Shown here piece by piece: positions 38,034 to 46,837 of a DNA stretch of 64,000 nucleotides. The first letter of the stretch is position 1. Each line of letters begins with the position of its first letter. Source of the stretch: Nannocystis bainbridge (GTDB lineage: Bacteria; Myxococcota_A; Polyangia; Nannocystales; Nannocystaceae); assembly GCF_028368995.1 (NCBI RefSeq), contig NZ_JAQNDL010000002.1:737724-801723 (forward strand), in the 5' to 3' direction. The position numbers and the translations under genes were made by a program. A model generated the notes under the pieces. It ran no database searches, had not been told where the DNA came from, and saw only the letters and a program-made list of their open reading frames with translations.

Positions 38034-38509
38034 GTCCGCTCCCGAATGGCCCGATCGATCTCACGCTTCTGCTCGCGCTCCTTGATCGAGGCGCGCTTGT
38101 CGTAGGTCTTCTTGCCGCGGCACAGCGCCAGCTCGAGCTTGATCCGGCCGTTGCGAGCGACCATCGACAGCGGGATCAGCGTGAGCCCGGCCTTGTCGAC
38201 GGACTCGGCCAGGTGCTCGAGCTCCTTGCGGTGCAGCAGTAGCTTGCGCGGGCGCAGCGGCAGGTGGTTGCGGTCGTGCGCCTGCGTGTACTCGCCGATG
38301 TGCGATTGATAGAGGAACAGCTGGTCGCCCTGGAACTGGCAGTACGACTCGCCGAGGCTGACGCGGCCGTCGCGGATCGACTTGACCTCGCTGCCCATGA
38401 GCATGAGGCCGGCCTCGTAGCGCTCGAGGACCTCGTACTCAAAGGTGGCACGGCGGTTTTGAACGAAGAGGTGGCCGTCCTTCGTCGCGGTCTTGTCGGT
38501 CTTCTTCAC
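38030..38509 (-). CDS. smpB: SsrA-binding protein
   Basis: 159 aa. FVQNRRATFEYEVLERYEAGLMLMGSEVKSIR... and the C-terminal basic tail KRASIKEREQKREIDRAIRER are typical SmpB. Confidence 0.9.
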   Translation of the reverse strand: MKKTDKTATKDGHLFVQNRRATFEYEVLERYEAGLMLMGSEVKSIRDGRVSLGESYCQFQGDQLFLYQSHIGEYTQAHDRNHLPLRPRKLLLHRKELEHLAESVDKAGLTLIPLSMVARNGRIKLELALCRGKKTYDKRASIKEREQKREIDRAIRERT

Positions 38510-38524
38510 GGCGGGGGTGGAAAG

Positions 38525-39164
38525 CTACAAAGCGGATCGCAGGAGGGCAAGTCCGGCGGCGCGAGCGGCCCCTGCGGCCCGCACAGCGCGGAGACAGGCG
38601 TTCAGGGTGGTGCCGGTGGTGGTCACGTCGTCGACCACGAGCACCCTCCGGCCGGCGAGCGAGCGCCCGGGCCGGACGGCGATCGCCCCGCCGAGGTTGT
38701 CGCGGCGCGCGGCACCGTCGAGCTCGGTCTGCGGCAGGGTCGCACGCAAGCGCTGCAGCAGCCGCGGCGCCACGCCAGCACCCTGGGGGTGCTCCCGCGC
38801 CGCCCAGCGCGCGAGCAGGGCCGCCTGGTTGTAGCCGCGAGCGCACGCGCGGCGCCAGTGCAGGGGGACCGGCGCGACGAGATCCCAACCCTCGCGCCAC
38901 ACCGGCGCGTGGGCCAGGAGCCGGCCCAGCGGCCCGGCGAGCTCGAGCTCGCCGCCGTACTTGAGGCGGCGGACGGCGACCGCCAGCGGGCCTTCATAAA
39001 GGAAGCAGGCCTCGATGTCGCCGAGGCGCCGCGCGGATGGTTCGAGCCGCGCGAGCTCGGGGGCGCAGCGGCTGCACAGGGGCGGCACGCCCCCTGAGAC
39101 CGGGGCCCGCAGGAGATGACGACAGGCGAGACAAACGGGCGGTGAGAAGAAGTCGAGTAGCACA
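38525..39164 (-). CDS. ComF family protein (phosphoribosyltransferase-domain, competence-related)
   Basis: GTG 39164. N-terminal zinc finger PPVCLACRHLL...PLCSRCAPEL. C-terminal PRTase motif RVLVVDDVTTTGTTLNA. The 517-aa ORF-track call is a GC-driven read-through. Confidence 0.7.
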
Positions 39165-39442
39165 CGGAGAGGTCGTACGCATCGCCTCCGTTGTTGCACG
39201 CGCAAGAGATCGTGCTGGAGATCGCGTCGATTTCGCAGCGTCAGAGGCGTGTGAAGATCATTTCGCCGGGCGATGCAAGCGGGCCACGAAGCCGCCGATC
39301 GCCAGCGAGGCTGGGAAATTCGCCGGATCCGCGGTCGTGCTCGCGATCCACGGCGGAGGAACAGGCACACATCGCCGCTGAGCCTGATCTGACGTGCAAA
39401 TCGCGGCGGTGGGCGGCACGCTAATTCCAAGGAGGCCGCGTC

Positions 39443-39970
39443 ATGCTCGTACACGATCTCGGATCTCTCAGCGTCGGAAGTGTCTTGACGACTTCCACGT
39501 TCACGGTGAAGCCGGTCGATCTGACCGCGCACGTGGAGTCCAGCTTCTTGGGGCAGGTGGTGGGTTGCGGCGAGGAGACGCTGTCGACCGGCAGCGTATC
39601 CGGCGGCGGCGCGCCGCAGCCGTGGGGAAGGCTTTGTCCGCTGCCGGTCGTGCTCGGCCGAGCGCTGTCGGCCCTGGCCCACAGCGAGCCGTTCCGCGAG
39701 GTCGCGCTGACGCTGCGCAGCATCAGCCGCGTGCGTCGCTTCGGTGAGATGCTGGTGGGGGAGCCGCTGACTGCGATCGCTACGGTGCGCTTCCGCAGCG
39801 GCAGAGTCCCGAACGCCACGCACGTGACGCTGGCCGTGGAGGTGCACCGCGAGAGTCAGCGCGGCCGCGTCGGCGCGACGGCGTTGAGCTTCGAGGTCGG
39901 GCTCGAGCTGCGATCGCTCCGCGGCGCGACTGCAGAGGTTCGCATGAGCGACGGCGCCGCCGCCGCGTGA
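39443..39970 (+). CDS. hypothetical protein (possible hotdog-fold)
   Basis: AAGGAGG RBS 9 nt upstream of ATG 39443. 175 aa. Weak resemblance to MaoC/thioesterase hotdog beta-strands. Confidence 0.5.
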   Translation: MLVHDLGSLSVGSVLTTSTFTVKPVDLTAHVESSFLGQVVGCGEETLSTGSVSGGGAPQPWGRLCPLPVVLGRALSALAHSEPFREVALTLRSISRVRRFGEMLVGEPLTAIATVRFRSGRVPNATHVTLAVEVHRESQRGRVGATALSFEVGLELRSLRGATAEVRMSDGAAAA

Positions 39971-40265
39971 CACGGCACCCGACCGCTCGACACTCGCGCC
40001 CGCTTCGCTCGCTTGCGTCATGGTTCTCCGACCATGTCCCAAGATGCAGTCCGCCTCGTGCCACGGTCGTGCGCGCACGCGACCTGCGCAGTGGCCCGCG
40101 GTCCGGTAACGCCTCCGGGTGGTCTTCGAGACAGGACCCGACGGGACCTACGAAGGACAGCACAGCGCGTTTCCGCGCCAGGGCCGAGATAATCTTCTCG
40201 GCCATGATCGGGTGGGCATCGGCTTGCCAAGGCGGATCCCCTGTGTGACCTTCAGTCTGCGGCGC

Positions 40266-41360
40266 ATGCTCTACGAGGACCGCTACAAGCTGATTTTGGC
40301 CGCGTGCCAGGACATTCGCCGGCATCGCGAGGAGGTCGCCAAGACGGTGATAGCGAGCCAGCTCCTCGACGCTCTCGACGTCGATGTCCCGAGCGACGCG
40401 CTCTTGTCCCACATCGTCGCCGAGTCGCTGCTGCGACGGATCGACCGTAACCTGCTGTCCGGGCGGAACTTGTACCTGCAAGTCGAGAAGCGGCCGCAGA
40501 TCGATCTGTTCACGCTGCTGCAGCGGGCGATCCCGGCCGTGCCGCAGGGCTATGCGCTCGCCAACCAGTATCTGGTCCACGCGATGCGGCAGTCGAGCAC
40601 GCCGACGCTGCTCGAGATCGGGATCGGCAAGGGCTTGCAGGTGGTCGCGCTGCTGCGGGCGCTCGCGCGCGACCCGGGGAAGATCGAGCGCATCCGCGTG
40701 ATCGCGCTCGACCCCAACCGCACGGCGTTGACCGAGGGCGTGGCGGCGATCGACGAGGTCCGCGCCGAGCTGCCGTTCGACATCGAGATCTACCCGCTGG
40801 TCAAGCTGATCGAGGTCTGCGAGGATGCCGACTACGCGCACTTCGAGGCGCTCGCCGAGGGGAGCTTGTCGATCAACGCGGCCTACACGCTGCACCACAC
40901 CACGGGCCCCGACAGCGACGCGCGCACTCGACTGCTGCGGCGGCTGCGGGCCCTGAAGCCGCGGGTGTTCACGCTGGTCGAGCCGAGCTCGGACCACGAC
41001 ACCGAGCACCTGACCCGGCGCATGCACCACTGCTGGCAGCACTTCGCGACCGTGTTCGACCTGGTCGACCGCAGCGACGCGTCGCCCGACGAGAAGTTCG
41101 CCATCAAGGAAGGCTTCTTCGGCCGCGAGGTCCGCGACATCCTCGGCACCAGCGACGCCTTCCGCTGCGAGCGCCACGAGACGCTCGAGTCGTGGCTGCT
41201 GCGGCTGAAGAAGTCGGGCTTCGTGCCGTACCCGGAGATCGAGCTCGACGTCGACCTGCCGGAGTACTGCCGCTCGTCGGTCAGCTCCGGGCTCGTGCGG
41301 CTGTCCTACCGCAGCGTGCCGATCATCGCCGTGTTCGCGTTCGCGGGGGAGGCGGGATGA
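40266..41360 (+). CDS. bacterial GRAS-domain protein (Rossmann-fold methyltransferase-like)
   Basis: 364 aa from ATG 40266. It carries GRAS-like motifs in order: TLLEIGIGKGLQVVALLRALA (VHIID-like G-x-G), RIRVIALDPN, SINAAYTLHH, LKPRVFTLVEPSSDHDTEHLTRRMHHCWQHFATVFDLVD, FFGREVRDILG (PFYRE-like), RCERHETLESWLLRLKKSGFVP (RVER/SAW-like). GTG 40119 is an alternative start. Confidence 0.75.
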   Translation: MLYEDRYKLILAACQDIRRHREEVAKTVIASQLLDALDVDVPSDALLSHIVAESLLRRIDRNLLSGRNLYLQVEKRPQIDLFTLLQRAIPAVPQGYALANQYLVHAMRQSSTPTLLEIGIGKGLQVVALLRALARDPGKIERIRVIALDPNRTALTEGVAAIDEVRAELPFDIEIYPLVKLIEVCEDADYAHFEALAEGSLSINAAYTLHHTTGPDSDARTRLLRRLRALKPRVFTLVEPSSDHDTEHLTRRMHHCWQHFATVFDLVDRSDASPDEKFAIKEGFFGREVRDILGTSDAFRCERHETLESWLLRLKKSGFVPYPEIELDVDLPEYCRSSVSSGLVRLSYRSVPIIAVFAFAGEAG

Positions 41361-41899
41361 GCGACGGGTCCGAGCCGAGCGAGCCGGTGGTCCACGGGGC
41401 GTTGATGGCCGGCTTCGCCCAGGCGTGCGTCAACCTCAACATCGTCGCTGGGCGCCGGGCCACCGCGCTGCTCGCCGACATCGACATGGGTCGGTGGTTC
41501 CCGCTCGCCAAGTGGATGGAGATCGAGCAGATGGTCGGCGAGTCGTACGCCAACGTCGAGCCGATCCGGCTCAAGCTCGGCATCGAGATGATGACGCTGT
41601 GGTACCACCGTGGCCCCGGCAAGGCGCTCATCCACCGCGGCGCCGACTTCCTGCACTTTCAGACAGGTAGCCACGGCATCGCCAGCGTGATCCGCGGCCC
41701 GCGCGGGATGGTCGGCTCGTTCGACCTCGAGGACTTCGACGCCGAGCGCGGCCACGCGGTCATCCGCTCGTCGACGCCGTTCGACAAGACGATCGAGCGC
41801 GGGGTGCTGATCGGCGGGGTGATGGCGCCCGGCGACCTCTACTACGTCGACGTGACCAACGACGGCGATCCCAACCGGCTCGTGGTGGAGTTCCACTGA
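41357..41899 (+). CDS. hypothetical protein (180 aa), translationally coupled to GRAS gene
   Basis: Its ATG overlaps the GRAS stop (ATGA), with GGAGG upstream. Balanced composition. No recognisable motif. It may be a myxobacterial paralogous family. Confidence 0.55.
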   Translation: MSDGSEPSEPVVHGALMAGFAQACVNLNIVAGRRATALLADIDMGRWFPLAKWMEIEQMVGESYANVEPIRLKLGIEMMTLWYHRGPGKALIHRGADFLHFQTGSHGIASVIRGPRGMVGSFDLEDFDAERGHAVIRSSTPFDKTIERGVLIGGVMAPGDLYYVDVTNDGDPNRLVVEFH

Positions 41900-41900
41900 G

Positions 41901-42827
41901 ATGACGCTCGACGAGATCCTCCAGGGACGAGATCCCGATCGCCTGTCCGAGCTGTCGCGCGAGGACATGCGCCGACTGTTCTGGATGTACAAGGGCCTGC
42001 TCAAGGGCGTCGAGCGCGACACCGCGTACTGGCAGGCGACCAACGACAACCTGCGGACCGCGTACGAGCGGCTCGACGAGCAGGAGCGCGAGCTGGCCCG
42101 CGCCTACCAGACCATCCGCCAGGACCTCGAGATCGCCCAGCAGGTCCAGCACGCGCTGCTGCCCAAGGACCACCCGGAGATGCTCGCGCGCTTCGAGTTC
42201 TCGGTCTACCACAAGCAGATGACCGAGGTCGGCGGCGACTACTACGACTTCTACCGCCTCCGCGACGGCTGCCACGCGATCGGCGTGTTCGACATCTCCG
42301 GCCACGGGGTGTCGGCGGCGCTGATCATGGCCTACCTCAAGGCCCAGTTGGTCCAGACGATGGAGCAGGTGTCGCGCCCGCGCGACATCGTCGAGTACCT
42401 CAACAACGCCACCGTCGGGTTCCTCCGCGAGGTCCGCCGCTACGCGACCGTCAACTTCGTCGCGTTCGGCGAGCGCACGTTCCGCTACGTGTGCGGCGGC
42501 GGCTACGGCGTGCTGGTCCGCGGCGACCAGGTCCACACGTTCAACAAGGGCGACCCGTTCATCGGCCTGCGCCGCCGCGCCTACAGCGAGTACGAGCTGC
42601 CCTTCGAGACAGGTGACGTGCTGGCGCTGTACACTGACGGTCTGGTCGAGGCTCAGGACAGCACCGGCGCCGACTACAGCACCCGCCGCCTGCACGAGCT
42701 GGTGCGCGCCAACGCCGACTTGCCGGCCAACGAGATCCTGCAGCGCTGCCTCGACGACTACGGTCAGTTCCGTCGCGTCGACGCCGACGACATCACCCTC
42801 ATCGTGCTCCGGAGGCGGGCCGCGTGA
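41901..42827 (+). CDS. PP2C-type protein phosphatase, SpoIIE/RsbU family
   Basis: The start is 2 nt after the upstream stop. N-terminal coiled-coil. PP2C core motifs GGDYYDFYRL, DISGHGVSAAL and YTDGLVEA. Confidence 0.8.
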   Translation: MTLDEILQGRDPDRLSELSREDMRRLFWMYKGLLKGVERDTAYWQATNDNLRTAYERLDEQERELARAYQTIRQDLEIAQQVQHALLPKDHPEMLARFEFSVYHKQMTEVGGDYYDFYRLRDGCHAIGVFDISGHGVSAALIMAYLKAQLVQTMEQVSRPRDIVEYLNNATVGFLREVRRYATVNFVAFGERTFRYVCGGGYGVLVRGDQVHTFNKGDPFIGLRRRAYSEYELPFETGDVLALYTDGLVEAQDSTGADYSTRRLHELVRANADLPANEILQRCLDDYGQFRRVDADDITLIVLRRRAA

Positions 42828-43339
42828 ACGACCACGAGCTCGACGACGAACCGATCACGACCAGCGTCGGCCTGACGCTGACGGTCGCGCCCATGGGCGA
42901 CGTCGGCGGCAACCTGGCGGCGACCGTCGGCGAGTCGCTGCTGGCGATGCTGACGGTGTTCTACCCGCAGGCGCTGTGCAAGAAGGCCAACGTGGTGATC
43001 ACCGAGCTGGTCCAGAACGTGATCGACAACGTCAACGATCCGGCCAGCCAGATGCGCGTCGACCTGCGCATCGACGGCGACGCGCTGCAGGTCCAGGTCA
43101 CCAACAAGGCGACGCCGGAGCAGTTCCAGGACGTCAAAGATCGCGTCGAGCAGCTGACGACCTCGACCGATCCCAAGCGCCTGTTCGCCGACACGCTCCG
43201 CGCCCGCCGCATGCAGCGGCTGCGCGGCGGGCTCGGCCTCATCCGCCTGGTGTCCGAGAACCGCTTCCGCCTGTCCGCGACTTACTCCGGCGAGCAGCTC
43301 ACGATGCAGGCGGTATTTCCTTTGCGAGGTGCGCAATGA
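42824..43339 (+). CDS. anti-sigma regulatory factor-like Ser/Thr kinase (RsbW/SpoIIAB family, HATPase_c)
   Basis: Its GTG overlaps the phosphatase stop (GTGA). N-box ITELVQNVIDN and G-box RGGLGLIRLV of GHKL ATPases. 171 aa. Confidence 0.75.
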   Translation: MNDHELDDEPITTSVGLTLTVAPMGDVGGNLAATVGESLLAMLTVFYPQALCKKANVVITELVQNVIDNVNDPASQMRVDLRIDGDALQVQVTNKATPEQFQDVKDRVEQLTTSTDPKRLFADTLRARRMQRLRGGLGLIRLVSENRFRLSATYSGEQLTMQAVFPLRGAQ

Positions 43340-43743
43340 ACGTCCTCACCTACGGCGAGATCATGGACGGCGGCGTCAGTGTGTTCCACTGCGTCGCACG
43401 CGAGGACGAGGGGAACTTCTCCCTCACGTTCTCGGGCGTGGTCCGCATCGACAACCCCTATCGCTATCTGTCGGCCCTGCTGCAGGACCTGCGCGAGATC
43501 TTGCCCAAGCGCGAGGTCCAACGCAGCGTGCTCGACTTCACCGAGCTCGAGTTCTGCAACTCCAACGGCTTCTACGTGATCATGGACATCGTCGAGCTGG
43601 TCTACCTGCTGCTGCCCGGGCCGGTGCTGGTCCGCCGCCTGCAGGAGGACGACTGGCAGCAGGAGACGCTGCCGATCCTGCTCAACCTCGACGAAGAGAC
43701 CATCGCCGCCCGCACGACCTTCGAGGACGTGCGAGAGTTCTGA
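43336..43743 (+). CDS. STAS-like putative anti-sigma-factor antagonist
   Basis: Its ATG overlaps the kinase stop (ATGA). 135 aa. The segment SVLDFTELEFCNSNGFYVIMDIVEL resembles the RsbV/SpoIIAA phosphorylation-loop region (DLSGV.F.DSSG). Confidence 0.5.
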   Translation: MNVLTYGEIMDGGVSVFHCVAREDEGNFSLTFSGVVRIDNPYRYLSALLQDLREILPKREVQRSVLDFTELEFCNSNGFYVIMDIVELVYLLLPGPVLVRRLQEDDWQQETLPILLNLDEETIAARTTFEDVREF

Positions 43744-43744
43744 C

Positions 43745-44833
43745 ATGGTGGCCCTCCTCGAGCTGGTCGAATCGATCGCGCTGCGCGTGGACGCCGAAGG
43801 TCGCGTGACCGCGGCGTCGCCCGCCGCGGCCCGCTGGCTGGCCGCGCGGACCGGGGCGCCCGGCCTCGGCGCGCTGTTCGGCGCGGCGTCGCCGGAGTCG
43901 CTGCGCGGCCTGGTCGAGAGCGGCGGCAAGGCGGTGCCCGCAGAGCCATGGCCCGAAGGACCTGTCGTATGGGACCTGTCCTTGGAGCCATCCGACGCGG
44001 TGCTGGCGGTCGGGGTGGCGATCCGCCCGGCGCGGGCGCTGGCGTCGCAGCTGGCGAGCGCGACGCTGCTCGACAAGAGCCTGGCGCTGGCGGTCCTGCC
44101 GCGTGAGGCGGCGGCGCCGCTGGGCGAGCGGCTCCAGCCCAAGGCGTACCGCGAGGCGACGGTGATGTTCATCGACGCGGTCCAGTTCTCGCGCCTGGCC
44201 GCCCGCGTCGACCCGGTCACCTGCCTCAAGCAGCTCGATTTCTTCTTCTCGGCCTTCGACCAGATCACCTCGGCGTTCGTGGTCGAGAAGCTGCGCACGG
44301 CCGGCGACACCTACGTGGCGGTGTCGGGGATCCCCCAGCGCCGCCTGTCCCACGCGGTCGACGCGACGTTCGCGGCGCTGCGCTGCGCCCAGGTGGTCGC
44401 GTCGGGGCTGACACCGATGGTCGACGAGTGGGACTGGAGCTTCCGCATCGGCCTCCACTCGGGGCCCTGCATCTCCGGCGTGCTCGGCTCGAAGAAGCCG
44501 GTCTACGACCTGTGGGGCGACACGGTCAGCGTCGCCAGCCACGTCGAGCGCATCGGCCAGCCCGACTCGGTGTGCGTGTCGGGGGCCGTCCGCCAGCTGA
44601 TCGAGCCGTTCTTCGCGCTCGAGTTCATGCAGACGACGGTGACCCGCAGCGTCGGCGAGATCGAGGTGTTCGCGGTCCGCGGGCTGCTCCCCGAGCTGCA
44701 GGCCGACGGCCAGGCGCTGGTCGCCAACGCGGAGTTCGCCGAGCGCTACGAGTCGCGCTTCGGCACGCCGTGCCCGGCCGCCGCGCTCGAGGCGCTCGGG
44801 GTCGAGCTCGGACAAGGGCTCGAAGACTTCTGA
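43745..44833 (+). CDS. class III adenylate/guanylate cyclase with ~130-aa N-terminal domain of unknown function
   Basis: Start 2 nt after the upstream stop. Cyclase motifs ATVMFIDAVQFSRL, KLRTAGDTYVAVSG, IGLHSGPCISGVLGSKKPVYDLWGDTV. The N-terminal domain contains a degenerate palindromic-repeat copy (43946-43992, encoding WPEGPVVWDLSLEP). Confidence 0.8.
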   Translation: MVALLELVESIALRVDAEGRVTAASPAAARWLAARTGAPGLGALFGAASPESLRGLVESGGKAVPAEPWPEGPVVWDLSLEPSDAVLAVGVAIRPARALASQLASATLLDKSLALAVLPREAAAPLGERLQPKAYREATVMFIDAVQFSRLAARVDPVTCLKQLDFFFSAFDQITSAFVVEKLRTAGDTYVAVSGIPQRRLSHAVDATFAALRCAQVVASGLTPMVDEWDWSFRIGLHSGPCISGVLGSKKPVYDLWGDTVSVASHVERIGQPDSVCVSGAVRQLIEPFFALEFMQTTVTRSVGEIEVFAVRGLLPELQADGQALVANAEFAERYESRFGTPCPAAALEALGVELGQGLEDF

Positions 44834-44847
44834 GCGGTGGGATGGCT

Positions 44848-44915
44848 GATCGGGCATGTCCGAAGGGGCATGCCCGTCGGGCAATGTCGTCGAGGACATG
44901 TCCTCGAGTTCAGGC
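44848..44915. repeat. palindromic repeat cluster (GGGCATGTCC GAAGGGGCATGCCC ... GGACATGTCC) 3' of the cyclase gene
   Basis: GGGCATG...CATGCCC inverted repeat plus a GAGGACATGTCCTC perfect palindrome. Between convergent gene ends. Confidence 0.7.
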
Positions 44916-45058
44916 CGCGTCGCTTGGGGGCGGGTAGCGACGAGCAGGGGCCGCCGGGCGCGCCGAGTGAGAACGCGGGCGACGAGCGTGCCCGAGGTGT
45001 GCGACGCCTCGCGGGCTCGATCAGGCGCCTGCGCCGGCGCCCGGACCCGAGCGCCCGT

Positions 45059-45643
45059 TCAATCGCGGCGGTAGTCCTTGAACAGGTAGGCGTAAAAGCC
45101 GACGACCTCGCGTAGCAGCGACCACGGCTCGCGCAGCTCGAGGTCGAGCTCGGCGTGGGCGGCGGTGGCCTCGACGCCGAAGCGACGCAGGGCCAGCTTG
45201 GTGCGGGTGAGGTGGTAGTACTGGCTGACGGCGATGGCGGAGCGCTCGCCGCGGGCGCGCAGGTCGGCGGCGACGAAGCGGGCGGTGGCGTGGGTGTTGA
45301 CGCCGCCGCGGTCGACGGCGATGCGCTCGGCCGGGACGCCGCGGGCCACCAGGTAGTCGCGCATGACGTCGGCCTCGTGCGGGCTGCCGGGGTCCTGGCC
45401 GCCGCTGACGATGAGCCGCGGGACCAGGCCGGCGGCGTAGAGCTCGGCGGCGCGATCGAGGCGCAGCTGTAGGCGGCGCGCGGGCTCGCCGGCGGGGCTG
45501 ACGTGGTTGCCGAGCACGACGGCGACGTCGGCGGGGCGGCCCTCGTCGGTGCAGCCGTCGACGCTCAGGACGAGCAGGTGCACCAGGCCCCAGGTGCACA
45601 GCAGGGCGAGAAGGCGGAGGATGGTCTTTCGCACATGTGCCAT
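45059..45643 (-). CDS. DUF218 / YdcF-ElyC-SanA family protein
   Basis: ATG 45643 (MAHVRKTILRLLALL...) with N-terminal TM. DVAVVLGNHVSPAGEP...LIVSGG... matches the DUF218 core. The ORF-track start MRTCRM is encoded by a repeat copy. Confidence 0.7.
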   Translation of the reverse strand: MAHVRKTILRLLALLCTWGLVHLLVLSVDGCTDEGRPADVAVVLGNHVSPAGEPARRLQLRLDRAAELYAAGLVPRLIVSGGQDPGSPHEADVMRDYLVARGVPAERIAVDRGGVNTHATARFVAADLRARGERSAIAVSQYYHLTRTKLALRRFGVEATAAHAELDLELREPWSLLREVVGFYAYLFKDYRRD

Positions 45644-45654
45644 GCGACATGTCC

Positions 45655-46620
45655 TCATGGACCTGTGATGGTCGCGGCGGGCGGGCGCACGGCCAGGCAG
45701 GTGAGCTGGGCCGAGTCGGGGGCGTAGCGGAAGCCGGCGTGGGCGGCCAGGAGGCGGCGCACGTAGCCGTGGAGGCGCTCCGGTCGCATGGGCCGCGAGG
45801 CGACGCCGGCGGCCCCGGTGGTGTCGAACACGCGCACGCGGCCGAGGCGATCGCGGGCGGGGTCGACGATCATCATGTGATGGTACATGCGCTCGCCACC
45901 GCGGGCACGGGCGCGGTGCGAGACGCTGCAGAGATGAAGGGCGTCGGCTGCGAGGGCGGCGAGCAGGCCGGCGGCGCCGAGGCTATCGAGGCGAAGGTCG
46001 AGCAGGTCGAGGCCGCGTGGGAGGGCGCCGGCGGGCAGGCGCGCTGCGATCTGGAGGAGGGCGGCGCGGCCGGCGTGGGCGCCGTCCTGGCACGACTCGA
46101 AGCCGCCGGGCGGATCGCAGGGGACGAGGTCGGCGAGCTCGAGCCGCGGCAGCCACAACAGGCGCACGCCCTCGAGGAAGCCGCCGAGGCAGCCGAGGTC
46201 GTATGTCCCCGGGGACAGCTTGATGGGGCGACCGGCGTCGGTGCGGCAGAAGCCCGCGGGCTCGCCGAGGCGGATGTGCCCGAGGCGCTCCCAGGCGTCG
46301 ATCTCGGCCCAGCGATCCGGCTCGAAGGCGAGTTCGAGGCCGCGGAAGACGCCGGCGGGGTCGCGCGCGCGCAGGGCCGCTGCGAGCGCGGGCGGGACGC
46401 GCGGGTAGTGGGCGAGCGAGGGCCAGCGCGTGAGCAAGTCAGCGTCGCGGGGGTCGACGGGCTCGCGGTGCACGGACGGGCGCGCCGGGGCGCCGGGGAC
46501 GGGCGCTGGCTCGACGCCGGGAGGGAGGTCGGCGGGCGCATCCGGAGCGGTCGGCTCGCCGCAGGTCAGCGCGGCGGTCAGGCCAGCGGAGAGCAGCTGC
46601 GACCGGCCCATCGGACGCAT
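45655..46620 (-). CDS. hypothetical secreted protein / lipoprotein
   Basis: N-terminal LLSAGLTAALTC signal/lipobox-like segment. 321 aa. No motif recognised. Confidence 0.4.
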   Translation of the reverse strand: MRPMGRSQLLSAGLTAALTCGEPTAPDAPADLPPGVEPAPVPGAPARPSVHREPVDPRDADLLTRWPSLAHYPRVPPALAAALRARDPAGVFRGLELAFEPDRWAEIDAWERLGHIRLGEPAGFCRTDAGRPIKLSPGTYDLGCLGGFLEGVRLLWLPRLELADLVPCDPPGGFESCQDGAHAGRAALLQIAARLPAGALPRGLDLLDLRLDSLGAAGLLAALAADALHLCSVSHRARARGGERMYHHMMIVDPARDRLGRVRVFDTTGAAGVASRPMRPERLHGYVRRLLAAHAGFRYAPDSAQLTCLAVRPPAATITGP

Positions 46621-46837
46621 CTACCGCAGCGGTGGGCTTTCGTCGAGTCGTCGCGCAAGCCGGCGCCGGCGGCTCCTCGAGGCGAGCATGGCCGCGCACT
46701 TGCGTCGATGCGTGCAAGGGGTGAGGCCGTGAGGCGCAGCGAGGGCGCTCGTCATCATGCAGGACGAAGCGGGCTGCGATGCCGCGGTCACGGCCGGTGG
46801 GAGCGCGTTCGGGCATGGCGAACGTACGTGGCTTTCA

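Noticed and set aside
39780-41177. 465-aa minus-strand ORF overlapping the GRAS gene
   Set aside because: The opposite-strand GRAS frame carries an ordered set of family motifs and normal amino-acid composition. The minus-strand frame is Arg/Leu/Gln-rich read-through.
44848-44915. Exact match of repeat core GGGCATGTCC to the eukaryotic p53 half-site pattern RRRCWWGYYY
   Set aside because: A coincidence of a short GC-flanked CATG palindrome. It has no biological meaning in a bacterium. Noted only as a mnemonic for the motif.
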